Source: Utricularia gibba (taxonomy: Eukaryota > Plantae > Magnoliophyta). Taken from it: DNA of 64,000 bases. The translations under genes and the position numbers were made by a program. The notes under the pieces are model-generated. The model worked only from the letters and a program-made list of their open reading frames with translations. It had not been told where the DNA came from and searched no databases. The stretch lies in contig NEEC01000019.1 in the NCBI GenBank assembly GCA_002189035.1, forward strand, positions 682,001-746,000, written 5' to 3'. Each line of letters opens with the position of its first letter. Positions within the stretch are counted from its first letter, which is position 1. Of the stretch, positions 28,230-46,394 are shown piece by piece.

Positions 28230-30287
28230 TCACAAAGCCACTGATCCATAAAATACCACCTCTGCTGGACCTGTCATGTAGATATGATTATCATCTTCAC
28301 TCCATTCGATGTCCAGTGGCCCTCCAGGAAGATCCACCGTGCAGCTCTGTGATCAACGAAAATGGATTAGATTCTGGAACTTCTCACTTGCAAGAGATGA
28401 TGTCTACCAAAGCTTACCCGGCTGGACCGGCCCTCAAGAACGGCAGCCACGACGACGGCACAAGCACCGGTTCCGCAGGCTAGAGTAGCGCCTGCAAGCA
28501 CAGTGCGGATGATGGAATAAAAGGTCTGGTTCAGAGGAAAGTGAGATAAAGAATGAAGGTTGTGTGCAGGTATGGTACCGGCACCACGCTCCCAAACACG
28601 CATTTTAAGGTGACTTGGAGACAGGACTTGAACGAATTCTGTAAAAAAAAACATTTGTTAGATAGCAAGATGAGAGTGCAGCTCATAAGAGCTTTTTACA
28701 TCCTTCCTGCACGTGAAGAAGGTGAAACCTGTGTTTGTCCGAGCAGGGAACACTGCATGATGTTCGAATTTCGGGCCTATCGCTGAAAGATTTAACTCAT
28801 CCAATTGCAAATCCTGTGTCGTTAAATGAGCAATCAAGATGAAAATATTGCATGAAGACCATATAATAAGACCACACAGAGGACAAAAAATTGCTACCTC
28901 GCCTGATGCAAAACCAAAAGTGACACAGTGGGGATTTCCCATGCTTACGCAAGTTACATTCCAGCGCAAACCATCCACTTCTAGCATTGTTTTAACAACT
29001 GACTCATCTTTATTTGGAGGTAACCTCGTAGGAACCTCGGATGCCTTCAGGATAGGCTCACCCATATCAACACGCACCTGCAGATTTGTTCAAGAACATA
29101 AAACTACAAGAAGATGCCCATACAGTAAATGTTCTTTACAGAAATTGACAACACTTTTCTAGAAAAATCAAAGTTTCAAATGGAGATGGACCTTTCCATC
29201 TTCTTGAATTTCTGGGATTATCAAACCAGCACCTGTGTGCACAGTAAACCTACGAGGTGGAGGGAGGTTACGAAAACTACTAACAACAATTTGCTGTCAC
29301 AAAATGATCATAATCAAGATTAAGTAAAAGCACGGGACTGCAATGCAAATAGAAAACAGAAGGGAAGCACGGAAGCATCTAGCTTCCAGAAAATAAAATT
29401 TGAATCACCTCTGCTTCCCCTTCAGATTCTCAAGCTCTGCAATGAACCTCGCAAAACACCGAACTCCATTACCACACATCTGAGACAGAAGCAGAACGGT
29501 ATCTCACATAGATGCCGATATGAAGATCACAAAGAATACAGCTCGAACACTTTGTGTTCATACACCAGTTAAGGTAAAAGGATAAGTGATATCAAATTCA
29601 TGCTTCAAGCAAGTCAGAAAGGGACTGTTTACGAAATAGGCAAGCACTTTTGATAGAACACAATAAGCATTCATCATTTTAATATTCGGAAAAACCATAA
29701 TTGGATTACAAAAAAAAGCTTCCATTCCAGTAGACAACAAAAACACAAGCATTCACCTCAGGTTCACTACCATCAGAATTGAATATTCTCATGGTAAAAT
29801 CAGCACCACCTATTCCTGGCAATGCAAATATGACTCCATCGGCTCCAACACCAAAGTTCCTATCACATAACGTGACTGCTTGTTTTGGTGTAATTTTTGG
29901 CTCAATTGCATCTCGATTATCAACCTAATTAAAAGAACATTGAATAACATCAAAACAGAAAAAAACAATGACATGAGGAGAAATTTATCTAGTTACCAAG
30001 ATGAAGTCATTGCCAAGGCCATGGTACTTGACAAAATGAAGAAAGTTGGTCTCTTTACGATCACGAAATGACATGGGAGGGTGCCTCTCGGGAGCCTCAA
30101 TGCTCACGGAGCAAGATGTACTGAGTTTAGTTTTCGGAACACCGCAAATACCATTGAATCTCAGATTGCGACACCCCTCAAATGAAGAGGAGATTTTACG
30201 GCAGTCGAAAGAAAATGAAGAAAGTAGGGAATAAGAGCGGCCACAGAATGCTGCTTTTGAAGACGAAATGGCGCCAGCAACTTCCAT
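28230..30287 (-). CDS. DAPF: Diaminopimelate epimerase, chloroplastic
   Basis: Ser-rich transit peptide; [53 protein letters not shown]. All checked exons join in frame. Confidence 0.96.
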
Positions 30288-31321
30288 AAGCTACGTTTCA
30301 CTGTCAAAACTGAGGAAATGAACAATCGCACGAAAAATCATGAATACGCGAGCAATGAACTGGTTTTAAATACCTGGAAAGCAGAACAAACAGTATCAAC
30401 AAGAAAAACGTCGGCGAAGATGGCTGCTTTCCACTCCCCACACCCTAAAAAAACCCTAAATTGCCATTTTAATAACTTCGTTGTTAGAAACATGACTTTG
30501 TAGTGCAACTAAATAAACGATTGTATCGAAATGAATGTATTTAAGGTAATTTTCCGGTTTCAAAATTTAAAAACATCTTTATTACTTGTATATTTCATAA
30601 TTTATAACTATGTTGTCAACCTAGAATTTTTTGATCATCCATATATCTTGATTATGGTCAAACCAATCACACTCGATCAAATATAATCTACATAGTGAAA
30701 GCAATGATGAGCCAACCTATGTATGTTTAAGTAGAACAATTCTTAAATACCACATGGTTTTTTAATTTAAATGAAATAACAAAGAATCGAAACACTTTAT
30801 ACAAACAAAAAAAGCGAAACATGAAAGCCAAAAACACATTTACCAAAGAAATGAGAGTGCAACAGATTGAAATAAAAATTGAATGTTTTAAGAGTTCTAA
30901 TTTGCTAAAACTATAGCTACTTCAATAACCCGTAAAACATGAGAATTTGTTGTAATGAGGAGAAAAAAGAAATAATTGAAAGTAAAATAGTTAAATAAGT
31001 TTGAGGGATGTGTAATTTAGGATTACCCAATGCAGAAATCTTCAGAATGCAAGTAACTCAGGTTAACTTGGCCAATTTTTGTCTAAATTGAAAACATAGA
31101 TATATAATAGAGGATCAGACGAGTACATATGAAGACGACAAAAATAATCATACTAAAACCAACTTCTTTCTACTATGTTTCATTGGCATATTATGCCAAT
31201 ATGACATTCTTAATGTTAAAATTAATGATATCATATAGCGAAGAAATATATTTAAAATTCAAATATATATTAAATGTGAATCATATTAAAAAATAATAAA
31301 TTCAATCAATTAATAATAATT

Positions 31322-31343
31322 TATATATATATATATATATATA

Positions 31344-31373
<30 letters not shown>
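31322..31373. repeat. Compound (TA)n(TTTA)n microsatellite
   Basis: Directly visible. Confidence 0.9.
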
Positions 31374-31376
<3 letters not shown>

Positions 31377-31858
31377 ATTTTATTTTAATTTTTTTATATT
31401 AAATCATTTGCTCGAATAAACACAACTGCTTCTATTGCAAACAATTATCTAATAATATGAGAGATCCTTCACCCTACAATTATTAATTCAAAACAAGGTA
31501 GGATTTGTGAATAAGCAAATCCAACCACCAGCAAGTGAAAGTCCAAATTTCCCAATCGCAGAAGGTGTAATGACCTAATTGATCATTTAGAATACTAAAT
31601 TACACCAATTTGCTTATGTAAGTTGGATGGGTCGATTCGAAAACCCGAATCCAATAGACCCGATTTTTGGGCAAAACAGGAAACGTTTTGCGTGGGTGTT
31701 GAAAACACAACTCAAGACTTGAGTTTATTATCAGAGGAAGTAGTGGCTTGTCAGCTGTTCCCATGAACATTTTTATTAAGACAAGCAGTTTCAACTCCCT
31801 GCTGCACCACTCCAACAAACACACCAAAACAGAGACCGAGATGCATCCCTGCCATGCT

Positions 31859-35207
<3,349 letters not shown>

Positions 35208-36945
35208 CTTCACTCAGATCTAGTCGCCAAACACGCAGTATGATATGTGGGCGCTCCTGTTCGGTCCGAGCAGAGAGATATATAGAACGTGGGATATTCC
35301 GCAAAGTCTGCGCCCGCCTCGGCTGCAATTATTATTCATCTCCTGTTACAGCACAAATGCGCAACTCTGAAGTCAGTCACCGCTGGCCCACATGAAGAAA
35401 AACAGATATCCACATGCACCGCGGCGGGCATTCGGCACCTGTCCGACGCCGTCAGAAGTGTTGTAGAATAATTCTGATGTTTCTAATTTAATTTAAATTG
35501 TCAAAATATCATAAAATAATTTAATAATAAAATTATCCGTAGAAGATGAGAGAATGTTATCACGTGTTGCACTTGCTATTAATATTTTGCAGTTAATGCA
35601 ATTATTTCATTTTTTTATGAGTAGAATTCTTTTTTTCTTATTTATTACATTTTCAAAAAATAAAAATAAAAAAGTAATAACTATTATTTACAATTTTCAA
35701 AATAAAAATTCCAATTTTTTAAAGTATGTCCATTTTATCGAATTATGCATTTCAATCTATTGCAATTAAAAACTATATTTACTACTTATTAGTATAACTA
35801 ATAAGTCATTTGATAATAAAATATTAATATATTTAAATATAATATAATTGAAATTTTCTATATCATTTTAATATATTTAAATAGAATGTAATTGAAATTT
35901 TCTATATCATACTATTAAACATTTTAAAAAACACATCTTAGTATAGATATAATTAGCCCTGTATCTTATTCCCTTCATTTGTGTATATCATTTATACATT
36001 AAAAAAATGAGTATATGAACAATATAATCATACAAGATTATTATACATATGTTAATTAATCAAACAATGCTTTAAGTGTAAATTTGGATATAAATCTTCT
36101 ATGCTATACTATCAAACACCTTATAATAATTTTTTTACATGTATCATTTTTCTCACCCCATTGAATTCAATGGTGTGTGTGTGAAATCATTTAGAATCTC
36201 ATAGAATTTGCTTCTATAGCTCTAACTGCTCCCAAAGTCTTTATATAATGGAAAATATAATTATGAGAAGTATTTTTTATTATTTTTATTTTTCAAATTA
36301 TCAATCTTTCATCTTGTTTTTCACACTAAAAATAAATATTTTTCCTACTACAACATCCATGAGTTGAGTTGATGCCGGTTTTATGGAAGCTATGTTGCAC
36401 GTGATCTTTTATTAAAGTATCCGATGTCACACTCTCTCTCACACATTAAGTCTATTTTTTTCAACACAGTATGGATACTTTTATCACATAGTTAAAATAC
36501 AGTGGGTATTTTTGAAATTAACTCATGTTGTACGATTGCATACTATTCCTCGAAAATCACGCACCAAGTGTGTAATTAGTAAGATGCATGTAAGTTGTGT
36601 GTATATTTTCTATTGATTGTTTTAAAATTTATCTATCCTTCATTTCTCTTATATACACCATATATAAAAAAATACATACGTAGTAGGTAAATGTCTCACA
36701 CACTCAATTAGTATATTTTTCAAAATCACCCTATTTTATATTGTATTTTGTTGTCATTGACTTTTAGGTATCAATGAATATTTTAAAGTTAATTACAAAG
36801 AATCTTGCACCTATCCACCCCAATCTCGCACCTCCACACATTTTGGTGCAACCTACTACCTAGTGTGGAAGTCTACCGGTTCATAAATGAAGCCTCTCTT
36901 GGTGGATCATTTTGTGTGAAATCAAACCCACATGAGCGTGTTTTC

Positions 36946-36966
36946 GGGCTTGGCTCTTTGGGCCCA
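36946..36966 (+). promoter_or_regulatory. Site II elements (TGGGCC/GGCCCA) upstream of STT3A
   Basis: cgggct..tttgggccca about 190 bp upstream of the STT3A ATG; typical TCP-bound housekeeping promoter motif. Confidence 0.5.
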
Positions 36967-37151
36967 GTTAGCATTGCCAAGTAGCACGAGCCAATGAGAA
37001 GACGCCACATCATTCGCTGAAACAGCAGACCTTCGAAGGCTAAAACTCGTAATAAGCGACCATAAGTCTTCCTACGCCAGTCCGCGTTACTGTTGCCGGA
37101 GGACTCAAGGTACACGGCGGAGGAAACGGTGAGATTGGACATCCGCTATTG

Positions 37152-40100
37152 ATGACGGCCGCGGATACTCAGGAGAAGGCCGTACGGCATGCTTTTGGAA
37201 ATGTGCTTTCCGTCTTCATTCTCTTGCTAATTGGCGTTTTCGCCTTTTCGATCCGTCTGTTCTCGGTAAGATTATCTCTCGTCATTCAGTTGTCTCTTTG
37301 TCTGTGTAGCATTTTTCTGGTTCGAGTGTTGGGAATTGATGGCGTTTGTTGTATCTCGTCTTTTATTTCGCATTGGAATTGGATTAGCTATTCTGTTGCA
37401 TAATGGTGTTTGCTTGCTGTTTGGGCAGGTGATTAAGTACGAGAGTGTGATTCATGAGTTTGATCCTTATTTCAACTACAGAGTCACGCAGGTACGAAAG
37501 GCTTTTTGTTCACTTTGTTTTAGCGAGATGGAATATTAGTCTGGAAATTTGTGCACGTTTGGGAGTGTGTATGGGTGAAAACTGAATCCCGATCTGAGTT
37601 TGGGCTGCTTTGCTGCATCATGTCAATGCAAAGCGTGAACAAGAAAACTTGCTTTCTAGATTTAAAACTATATATTTGATGGGTTTCAAAGTTCTTAAAG
37701 TCTGATAATTTTTTAGAACAATACCGTTTTTGTTTAGTGAACTGTGTCATGACGTAACTTGTATTTGTTGCAGTATCTTACAAAGAATGGAGTTTATGAC
37801 TTTTGGAATTGGTTTGATGACCGAACATGGTAAGAGCTGCAATACTCTATTAATTTTCATGGAAAATGGGGTTCTCAATTTGTATGTCCTCAAGAATCTA
37901 AATGTGCTTTGATAATCTTTTGAAGGTACCCTCTTGGACGTGTGATTGGGGGAACTGTCTATCCTGGGCTCACATTGACTGCTGGAACACTATGGGGGTA
38001 TGTAGCTTAGAATCTTTTTTTAGTACTTCATCAAGAAGGTACATAGGTTTCTGGAATTGATTTTTTTTTCTCTCATCTTTCCTTCTTTTTTTTCTTAAAA
38101 TCATATGACCTTGATTAATCCATGTTGGTTGTCATTTTCTGGCAGGATACTTAATGCCTTCAATATTCCCCTCTCTGTGGAAACTGTTTGCGTGTTTACT
38201 GCCCCAATATTTTCAGCTTTTGCTTCTTGGGCAGCATACCTCCTGACAAAGGTTTTACTCATCTAAAATGCCTCCAACACATCCAAACTATCTGGATTTT
38301 TTTGGGAATAATGGTCTTAGTAGGTATTCAGCTGATGTATTTTCTTTATGTAGGAAGTTAAAGGAGTTGGCGCGGGATTAACTGCTGCAGCTCTTCTCGC
38401 AATGGTACTTTTTATTATTTTTTGAAGGGCTCGTCTTGTTCTATCTCGGTTGTGTCATGTATTCATAACTTTTGTCCTGCAGGTTCCTTCTTACATCTCT
38501 CGATCTGTGGCGGGAAGCTATGACAATGAAGCTGTGGCTATATTTGCGTTGATTTTCACTTTCTATCTCTATATAAAGGTGGTATTTTGATGTGTCGCAA
38601 TTGATTCTCAGCATGCTATATGCCCTTATGAGCTTATCGAAGTTTGCTGGCTTGATTTTCTCGTGTCTATAACAGTGTGAGAATGTGTGAAGAATTAAGA
38701 TTTCTATATTTTTCTTGCATCTGTGATAGTTTGAGAAGGTGTGAAAAAATACAATGTAGGAATCATGTTTGGCATAAAACTTTGTTACTGATGGAAAATA
38801 GCTTGATGTCCTATCTTTATATTTAGTGACCAAACTTGCTGCTTTTAGTTAGTCTGGGATCTCTTGTGGACTCATATCATACACATGGTCTTCTACTGCT
38901 CTGATTTTTTTTTTTTTTTTGGTAGACGTTGAATACTGGCTCCCTTTTTTATGCCACCCTGAATGCAATGGCATACTTTTACATGGTAAGTTGGCCTACC
39001 TGTTATAACTATTATACTTACGAGGAGCACGCAATTCATATTTATGAAAAAATGCTATGGTATTGTGAAAATTCTGTCTAGGTTTGCTCGTGGGGAGGAT
39101 ACACCTTTATCATAAATCTTATTCCAATGCACGTGCTTTTATGCATAATAACTGGCCGGTATTCTTCACGTCTCTATATTGCATATGCTCCGCTGGTGAG
39201 TACCCACTTTAATTTTTTTGAAAATATGTTCTGAATCGTACTTTTATAAGCATTCAATATACTATTTCTGGGTGTTGCGTATTCTGTTCTTCTTGAGATA
39301 TTTTCCTGGACATTTCGCATTTCTGCTGCCTTCCAAATCACTATCTTCGGAAATGCAGGTTGTTTTGGGGACATTGTTAGCGGCTTTGGTGCCTGTTGTT
39401 GGCTTTAACGCTGTGATGACATCTGAACATTTTGCATCTTTTTTGGTTAGTATCCTGTATTCAAGTTGGATATGCAGCTAGCTATACAGAATATGGGTAG
39501 CTGGTGTTCGGTCTCTTCTATGATTGTAAAACGTGTCCTGTCTCACACTCACACCGTATTGGCACGTGATGAGATACTTTGTGCATTAGGAAACCGGTTC
39601 AAGTGTGCCAAGTTGACCTGCTATGTATGGTACTTTATTGTAGATTTTAAAACTTCATGTGTGTCTTGAACCTAAACTATGAATCTCATAATAATGAAAA
39701 TTTCCAACTCATCAGTAAGGTCAATAACACCAAATGAAGACTTAGGCTACCCTTATTATAGCTTTTTTTTTTTGTTCGGGTAAAGAAGAAATAAACTGTA
39801 CTCCCTTTGTGTTGATTGTTTGATTTGTCCTGGCTCTCTCCTTCAGTGGTGGACTTTTAAATTCTGGGTGGCACTTGTTTGTGAACAGATTATAGAAACA
39901 TTGTTTTTCCTTGGTTGATATATGCAGGTCTTCATTATCATACATGTTGTGGCTCTCGTTTATTACATCAAAGGGATTCTTACCCTCAAATGTTCAAAGT
40001 AGCTGTTACCCTTGTTGTATCAGTTGGCATGTAAGCTCATCTGATTCAGGGATTTGATGAAAGTGTCAATATGTTTTACCTGGTTTAGATACTACAACCT

Positions 40101-43100
40101 GCTTGTCTTATTGTGTTTCTATTGAGGCATGACTTCAATTTTTTAAAATGTATCCGGGATAAGTGGAATTCTTCCACTCATAATCCATGCTACTTTGATC
40201 AAGAAATAGATGTTCATGTATGATTTTTGCTCTTGATATATCTTGCTTCTTCTTATTGATACTTGCACTTCGCTCAGGATTGTCTGTTTCGCTGTTCTGG
40301 CTATCTTAATAGCAATGGTAGCTTCCAGCCCAACGAAAGGATGGAGTGGAAGAAGCCTGAGCCTTCTTGATCCGTAAACGTTTTTTTTTTTTAATTTTGA
40401 ATAATGTTGGAGGTTCTCATGATATCCTATAACCCCTTACCTTTCATAATTTACTGTGCTAAAAGATAAAAATTTAATCCCCTGGGAGATCATTTAAAAC
40501 TGCACGTTCCCCTGTTGCTCCTAATGCTAAGTGAACTAATGTTTTATTTTTCGCAGAATGAGTAGTAAATTTACTCCTTGTATAACAAATTCACATTAGG
40601 ATATCTCAATGTCAGATAATAAATCTTTCAATTAGCTCAAAGTCCTCAATGATGCATGGCATGCTCCTCTTGATTAATTATCAGATGAATTTATCCTGCC
40701 TTCTTGTATCCATGCTTGTTTTCTATGCCCTTTTATCTGAAATATTTTTTTTCCCATATGCGATTCTGTGACAGGACATATGCAAGCAAGTACATACCTA
40801 TTATTGCTAGCGTTAGTGAACACCAGCCTCCTACATGGCCTTCTTACTTTATGGACATCAATGTCTTGGCCTTTTTGGTCCCTGCTGGTATCATCGTAAG
40901 TTCTAGATATTCTTTTCGAATTTTCTTTAATATATTATTGTTCTCTATACAGTGCTTTATATTTAAGGTTCTTTACTCTTGTAGGCTTGCTTTTTGCCGC
41001 TATCTGATGCAAGCTCTTTTGCTGTCCTCTTTATTGTTACATCAGTTTATTTCTCCGGCGTCATGGTATGCAAATTAGAAACAATTTTCATGCATATCTT
41101 TTCTTTTTGAATTTTTTTCCTTCATATACTCAGCATACCATAATAATATATAGGTACGCTTAATGCTTGTACTAGCTCCAGCGGCTTGCATAATGTCTGG
41201 GATAGCTCTTTCTGAAGCTTTTGATGTTCTCACTAGATCTGTTAAGCTTCAGTTTTCTAATGTCAACCAAACCGCTGATGCCAGTGTGAGCAAACCAATC
41301 GTATTACCAGAAATTATTAATGTTAGATTAGTATTGAAATTTTGAAGGTATTTGTTAGGCAGGGGATAGTAATCAAGTTTCAACAAAAAATGCTGTGAAT
41401 CCAGAGTCTGAGAAAGTGGAAGACACTTTGAAGGAAAGACCTTCAAGAAAATCTAAGAAGAAGGAAAAGGAGAAATCCGAGAGCACATCGGTTACCCGTC
41501 AGATTGAAAAGAAACAACTCCTGGTGTTACCGTTCGAGGCTTCTCTGGTCGCAATAGTGCTACTTGTATTGCTGGGTGCATTTTATGTGGTGTGATTCTT
41601 GCATCAGTCTTCTCTAATATTATACGGTTATTGTTTCATTTAAATAGTGTTTTTTCATGAATAATGCAAACGCCTGAGAATGGATTTTGGCAGCATGATT
41701 TGTTTTGGTAATAGGCGTCTAAGGAAAGTTTGTCGCAGGTTCATAGTGTTTGGGCTGCAGCAGAGGCCTACTCAGCACCTTCTATTGTGTTAACATCTCG
41801 ATCTCATGATGGGCTACATGTCTTTGATGACTTCAGGGAAGCATATGCATGGTTGAGTCATAATACTGATGTTGATGATAAGGTGAATGTGAACTGCATG
41901 TATTTGATGACACCAGGGAAGCATACGCCTAATGCATATTTTGTTTTATTAACATCTCATTCAGGTTGCCTCTTGGTGGGATTATGGATATCAAACAACC
42001 GCCATGGCCAATCGCACAGTGATAGTGGATAACAATACCTGGAACAATACACATATTGCAACTGTTGGTACTGCTATGTCATCACCCGAGAAAGCAGCTT
42101 GGGAGATTTTCAATTCATTGGATGTTAAATATGTCCTCGTAGTTTTTGGAGGTTCGTTCTTTTTTTAGCTAGTTGTTAAAATTCCATGTGATCTCAGAAA
42201 CAGAAATACCTACTTTGATATCCGTTTCAGGTCTTGTTGGATATCCTAGCGATGATATTAACAAGTTTCTGTGGATGGTTCGCATAGGAGGAGGTGTATT
42301 TCCTCATATCAAGGAGCCTGATTATCTGGTCAGTAGCTAATGATAGAAATGCTATCAGTCAGTTTCTTTCATTCCGTTTTTCTCTTCTCCACCTAAACCT
42401 TCCCATATGGTAACGGACTTGCTATCAACTCTAGAGGCTCCTGTTTTATGACAGTCGATTTTTTTGACCTGAAATCATCTTTTTCATTTTCCATCATGGT
42501 CTCAACAGAGAGATGGCCAGTATCGGATAGATTCTCAGGCCACTCCAACCATGCTGAATTGCCTCATGTACAAACTTTCTTACTACAGGTGATTATCGCT
42601 GTCTCATCTGGAAGTGTCATTGATATGTGAGCTTAAAACAGTTTTATGTCTATGAACTGTTGATAAACGATTAACAGAATCAAGGGAGAAATATTGATAG
42701 ACATTTTGCTTACTAGAGTAGTTATTTTATGGATATTACGGTTCATATGTGCCCCAATCCCTCTTGTAGATTTGTGGAGACCGACGGTAGAGGATTCGAC
42801 CGAGTGAGACACACTGAAATCGGGAAGAAGTACTTCAAGCTCACCCACTTCGAAGAGGTATGCGATGAATACGTGGCTTGTTTTGCATCTATTAAACAAT
42901 CTGGCCTCAACAAACAAAACCTGACGCTCGCTGTTCACATCAATCATTTTTTTTCTCAGGTGTTCACCACTCACCATTGGATGGTTAGGATTTACAAGCT
43001 AAAGCCTGCAAAGAACAGAGTCCGCGGCAAGACAAAGAAGTCCAAATCGGTACTTGAGACACATGTCCTTTAACCAGCTTTCTGAATCCACATGGGCATT

Positions 43101-43214
43101 AATTGAACTGATCTGAGCTGCCCCAGTGACATGATTGTGCCCTTTTTGCAGAAAACTAGCGTTGCAAGCAACCAGAAACGTGGCAGAGCAAGAAGGAAGA
43201 ACCCTTATCTTTGA
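37152..43214 (+). CDS. STT3A: Oligosaccharyltransferase catalytic subunit STT3A (one apparent 1-nt deletion)
   Basis: [78 protein letters not shown]; terminal exon ends RKNPYL-stop. The C run at 39983-39985 is one base short of [11 protein letters not shown]. Confidence 0.96.
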
Positions 43215-44331
43215 AGTTACGAGCACCATCCCTTTTTTCTTTTGCAGAAACAAGTCAGTTGGCAACACTTGGGAGAGAAATACAAGGTGATGATCACTGT
43301 CTTCGAATGTAAGAACAACTTTGTGTGCTACTCTACTCTTCTACGGAATTCAACGCCTTTTCAGCGGGGCTCGTCCATCATGTTTAGGGAGAGTGCTAAG
43401 TGCCCAGAAAATGAAACCACCCGAACCTAAAACCTCTCCACCACACTCAGAAACATGTCATGCCATGCCATTAGTTCCTCGACAGGTCAGGTCAATCCTA
43501 TTGTGAACCTACTAAATTCACAACGCATGGATTCCGCCATGGTCATCTACCATCTGACAAACCATGGAGTACATACATCTGCATAGTTGGTTTTTGCACG
43601 CACGTGCCACAGCACGTGCCCTCAGCTACTTCACCAGCCCGACCTGCCTGCCCCCATGCACATGGTTGCCTTATGTTAGATCCCCCCCTTGATGACGTTT
43701 GTTGGCAGTGTCTAGCAACCTAACCTGTAACACCTTTCTTCATAACAAGGGTCTTCTTGGGAATAGGTCGACATAGAGAGAAAAAGCTATGTTTTTTTGG
43801 AGTCACTCACTCCCCTAAAGGAATAGGTTCATATTTGTATCAAGTAAATTAAAAATTCCCATGAAATTATACCTTGCTTCCCCCGCCACCATGCATCTAT
43901 CTCCTTTTCCCTTTTTTCTTTTCTTTTGCATAGTGGAGTCACTCACTCCCATGCCCCCTACCATACCCATGTTAAGTAACAAATCTAATTCATTTTTAAT
44001 GACTTGTTTTAATGCACTTTTAAATATTCCCCATGGATGGATGTGTTTCACCCTAATTCTTACCATTTCCACATTCCACCCAACTAAAGCTCGTTTAATG
44101 TAGTAAACCACATTGAAAAAAAAAAGATTTTTATTTAAAGGATTATGAAGGTTTTTACGAAATAAAAAAAAAAAGCAAGTCTATCAATAGAAATGTCGGA
44201 ATTGATTTTAGAAGTACATCGAACAACTCCTCATAGAAGTAATACTTAATACAACGGACGAGGTTAAGAGCCGTAGACCGAAAAGCTGGGGGAATATTTT
44301 CAGTTAAAAAAAAAGGAGGGGGTGATAACAC

Positions 44332-44915
44332 TTAACCGCTATGCTTCCACAACAAGCTTTCGAAGTCTTCTGAATGCAGACTCAGGAAAATCGGCGGTTG
44401 ATCGTAATCGTCGTATTCCCATACTCCGGTCTCCACCGCGGTGAACTCCTCCCCGCCGCTCAGCTTCGGAAGCTCAACTATCTCCTCCAGCTCCTCCGGC
44501 GCCGTCGACAATTCCGAATCTACGAACGATGGTGAGCTGCGCTGTGGCTGGTCCAGCATCGCCGCCTTGGTCGCCGCGGCCTGGATGTCTCGCGTGGAGG
44601 ATGTTGCCGGACGCGGGAGCAGGTCGGCGATTTCGGGGAAGTTGAGTACGGCGGAGCTGCCCTTCACGGCCATTGCCGCCACGTCATGCGCACGCGCCGC
44701 CATGTCCGCGGTGGCGAACGTCCCTAACCAGATCCGTGACTTTTTCTTGGGTTCCCGGATTTCGGATACCCACCTTCCCCAAGCCCTCATCCTCACACCT
44801 CTGTACACCTTCTGCTTCCACTCCTGCTGCTGCTGCTGCTGCAGCTGCTTCTCCGTGGCTCCACACTTCCTCTTTCTCTTATCGGGGCCCCCGCCGTCGA
44901 GCGCTGCCTCTCCAT
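44332..44915 (-). CDS. AP2/ERF DREB subgroup A-4 (TINY-like) factor, intronless (one apparent 1-nt deletion)
   Basis: AP2 domain [43 protein letters not shown] followed by LPRP..RDIQAAA. The AP2 frame has no upstream ATG before a stop; adding one base in ggggccccc (44884-44892) links ATG 44915: [23 protein letters not shown]. Confidence 0.93.
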
Positions 44916-45043
44916 ACCTGATACCACCACCGGAAACGGCAGTCTTTTATAAACGCTGGTGACTTGTCACCGTAATTCCGGGATAAAAATACAAGAAAAA
45001 GAAATGTTTGAGAGGAGGCCAGTGAGTGACTAGTTTCCGCGGT

Positions 45044-45045
<2 letters not shown>

Positions 45046-45077
<32 letters not shown>
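45046..45077. repeat. (TA)16 microsatellite in the DREB core promoter
   Basis: Directly visible, about 130 bp upstream of the DREB ATG. Confidence 0.9.
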
Positions 45078-45079
<2 letters not shown>

Positions 45080-46195
45080 TCCCTTATTTATATATATATT
45101 TAAATTATTTACATTTAAATAAACATAATTTAAATCATTTGTATTTTAAAATTTTTACACCTGTATAATAATATTATATTTAGTATATATATTTAAAATG
45201 TAATAAAAAATTTACATAAAATAATAGTTTTCAAAAACGGTTTATAAAATTGTTTTATAAAGAAATGAGAATTGTTTTCTGGGGGATAAAAACATTTTAT
45301 TCCAAATTTTGAAATTCAACTGAGGAGGAGCAAAAAACAATTATAATTCCATTTTTACTACTTTTATAAAGTTTCATCATGTGTTAATTTTTTTTATTTA
45401 AAACAGAATGGGCTACCACTGTTTCTTATGGATAGTACTTGATGCATCAATTATAATTCCATTTTTTTGTTTTTAGTATCATTAATTTTCTCACAAGACT
45501 CAATTCCTGATGGAAACAATGAGACTGTTTTGTTTTATTATTTTTTTGAAGTGATTTTGTTTAATTACTCTATATTCTAATATTTGACTGTTCTATAGTA
45601 CAATCATAAATTATGAATTAACTTTATAAATTATTAACTTTCTTAATTTATTTTTAGTGATTAAATAAAAATTAATTAGAAAAATTTATACTATTTCCTT
45701 TTTATATATTTTAAAAACACATATATATCATTAAACTTTTTATAATAATTTTATCTATTTAAAATGTATAGTATATAATTTAAATGTTAAATTCTATGGT
45801 ATAATTTTATACAATTGCATAAAATAATTTTAGAATCTCAAAACTAACTATATTTTATATAATTTGAAGCACAACATGAAATTAAATAATAGTCCCAATG
45901 TATCCAAAGCTCAAATCTACTTCAAGTGAACCTTGAGGATGTTAAGTAAAAAAATGCGCATTATCATCTTAAATATAAGTTTTATTATTATAATAATTAA
46001 AAAACCCATACATATAAACACCTGTTATGATCAATAAAATGACACCATTAAGACTTTGTTTGGTTAATGAATTTAAATTTTAATGAGTTTAGACAAATCC
46101 AAATATATAAATATAAAAACATCTATACTCTATTTTATATATACATATATTCATATATGAGGATAATATGTAAATATAATCTACCTATCAAACAA

Positions 46196-46394
46196 CAGGA
46201 GCCAATCTTCAACTTTTAATGTAGGGGGGAATAAAATCCTTTTTTATTAACCATACTTTATTAATGTAAAATTAAGGGGGCTAAAATTTAATTATTATAA
46301 TTTTAAATCTTATTAACTTTCAATCTCATTCATTTTTTTTTTTTAAAAAGGAAGGGCTACAGCCCATGCTCATTATGCTTAAGATCTGCCCCTG
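46196..46394. mobile_element. 199-bp hAT-type MITE
   Basis: Imperfect TIRs caggagccaatctt / caggggcagatctt (right end reverse-complemented), flanked by a perfect 8-bp TSD tcaaacaa (46188-46195 and 46395-46402). Confidence 0.85.

Noticed and set aside
44441-44962. 173-aa plus-strand ORF over the DREB gene, and similar antisense ORFs over CML, LAMP1, MAN, DUF599 and FLS
   Set aside because: These are antisense shadows of GC-rich coding exons with no independent motif.
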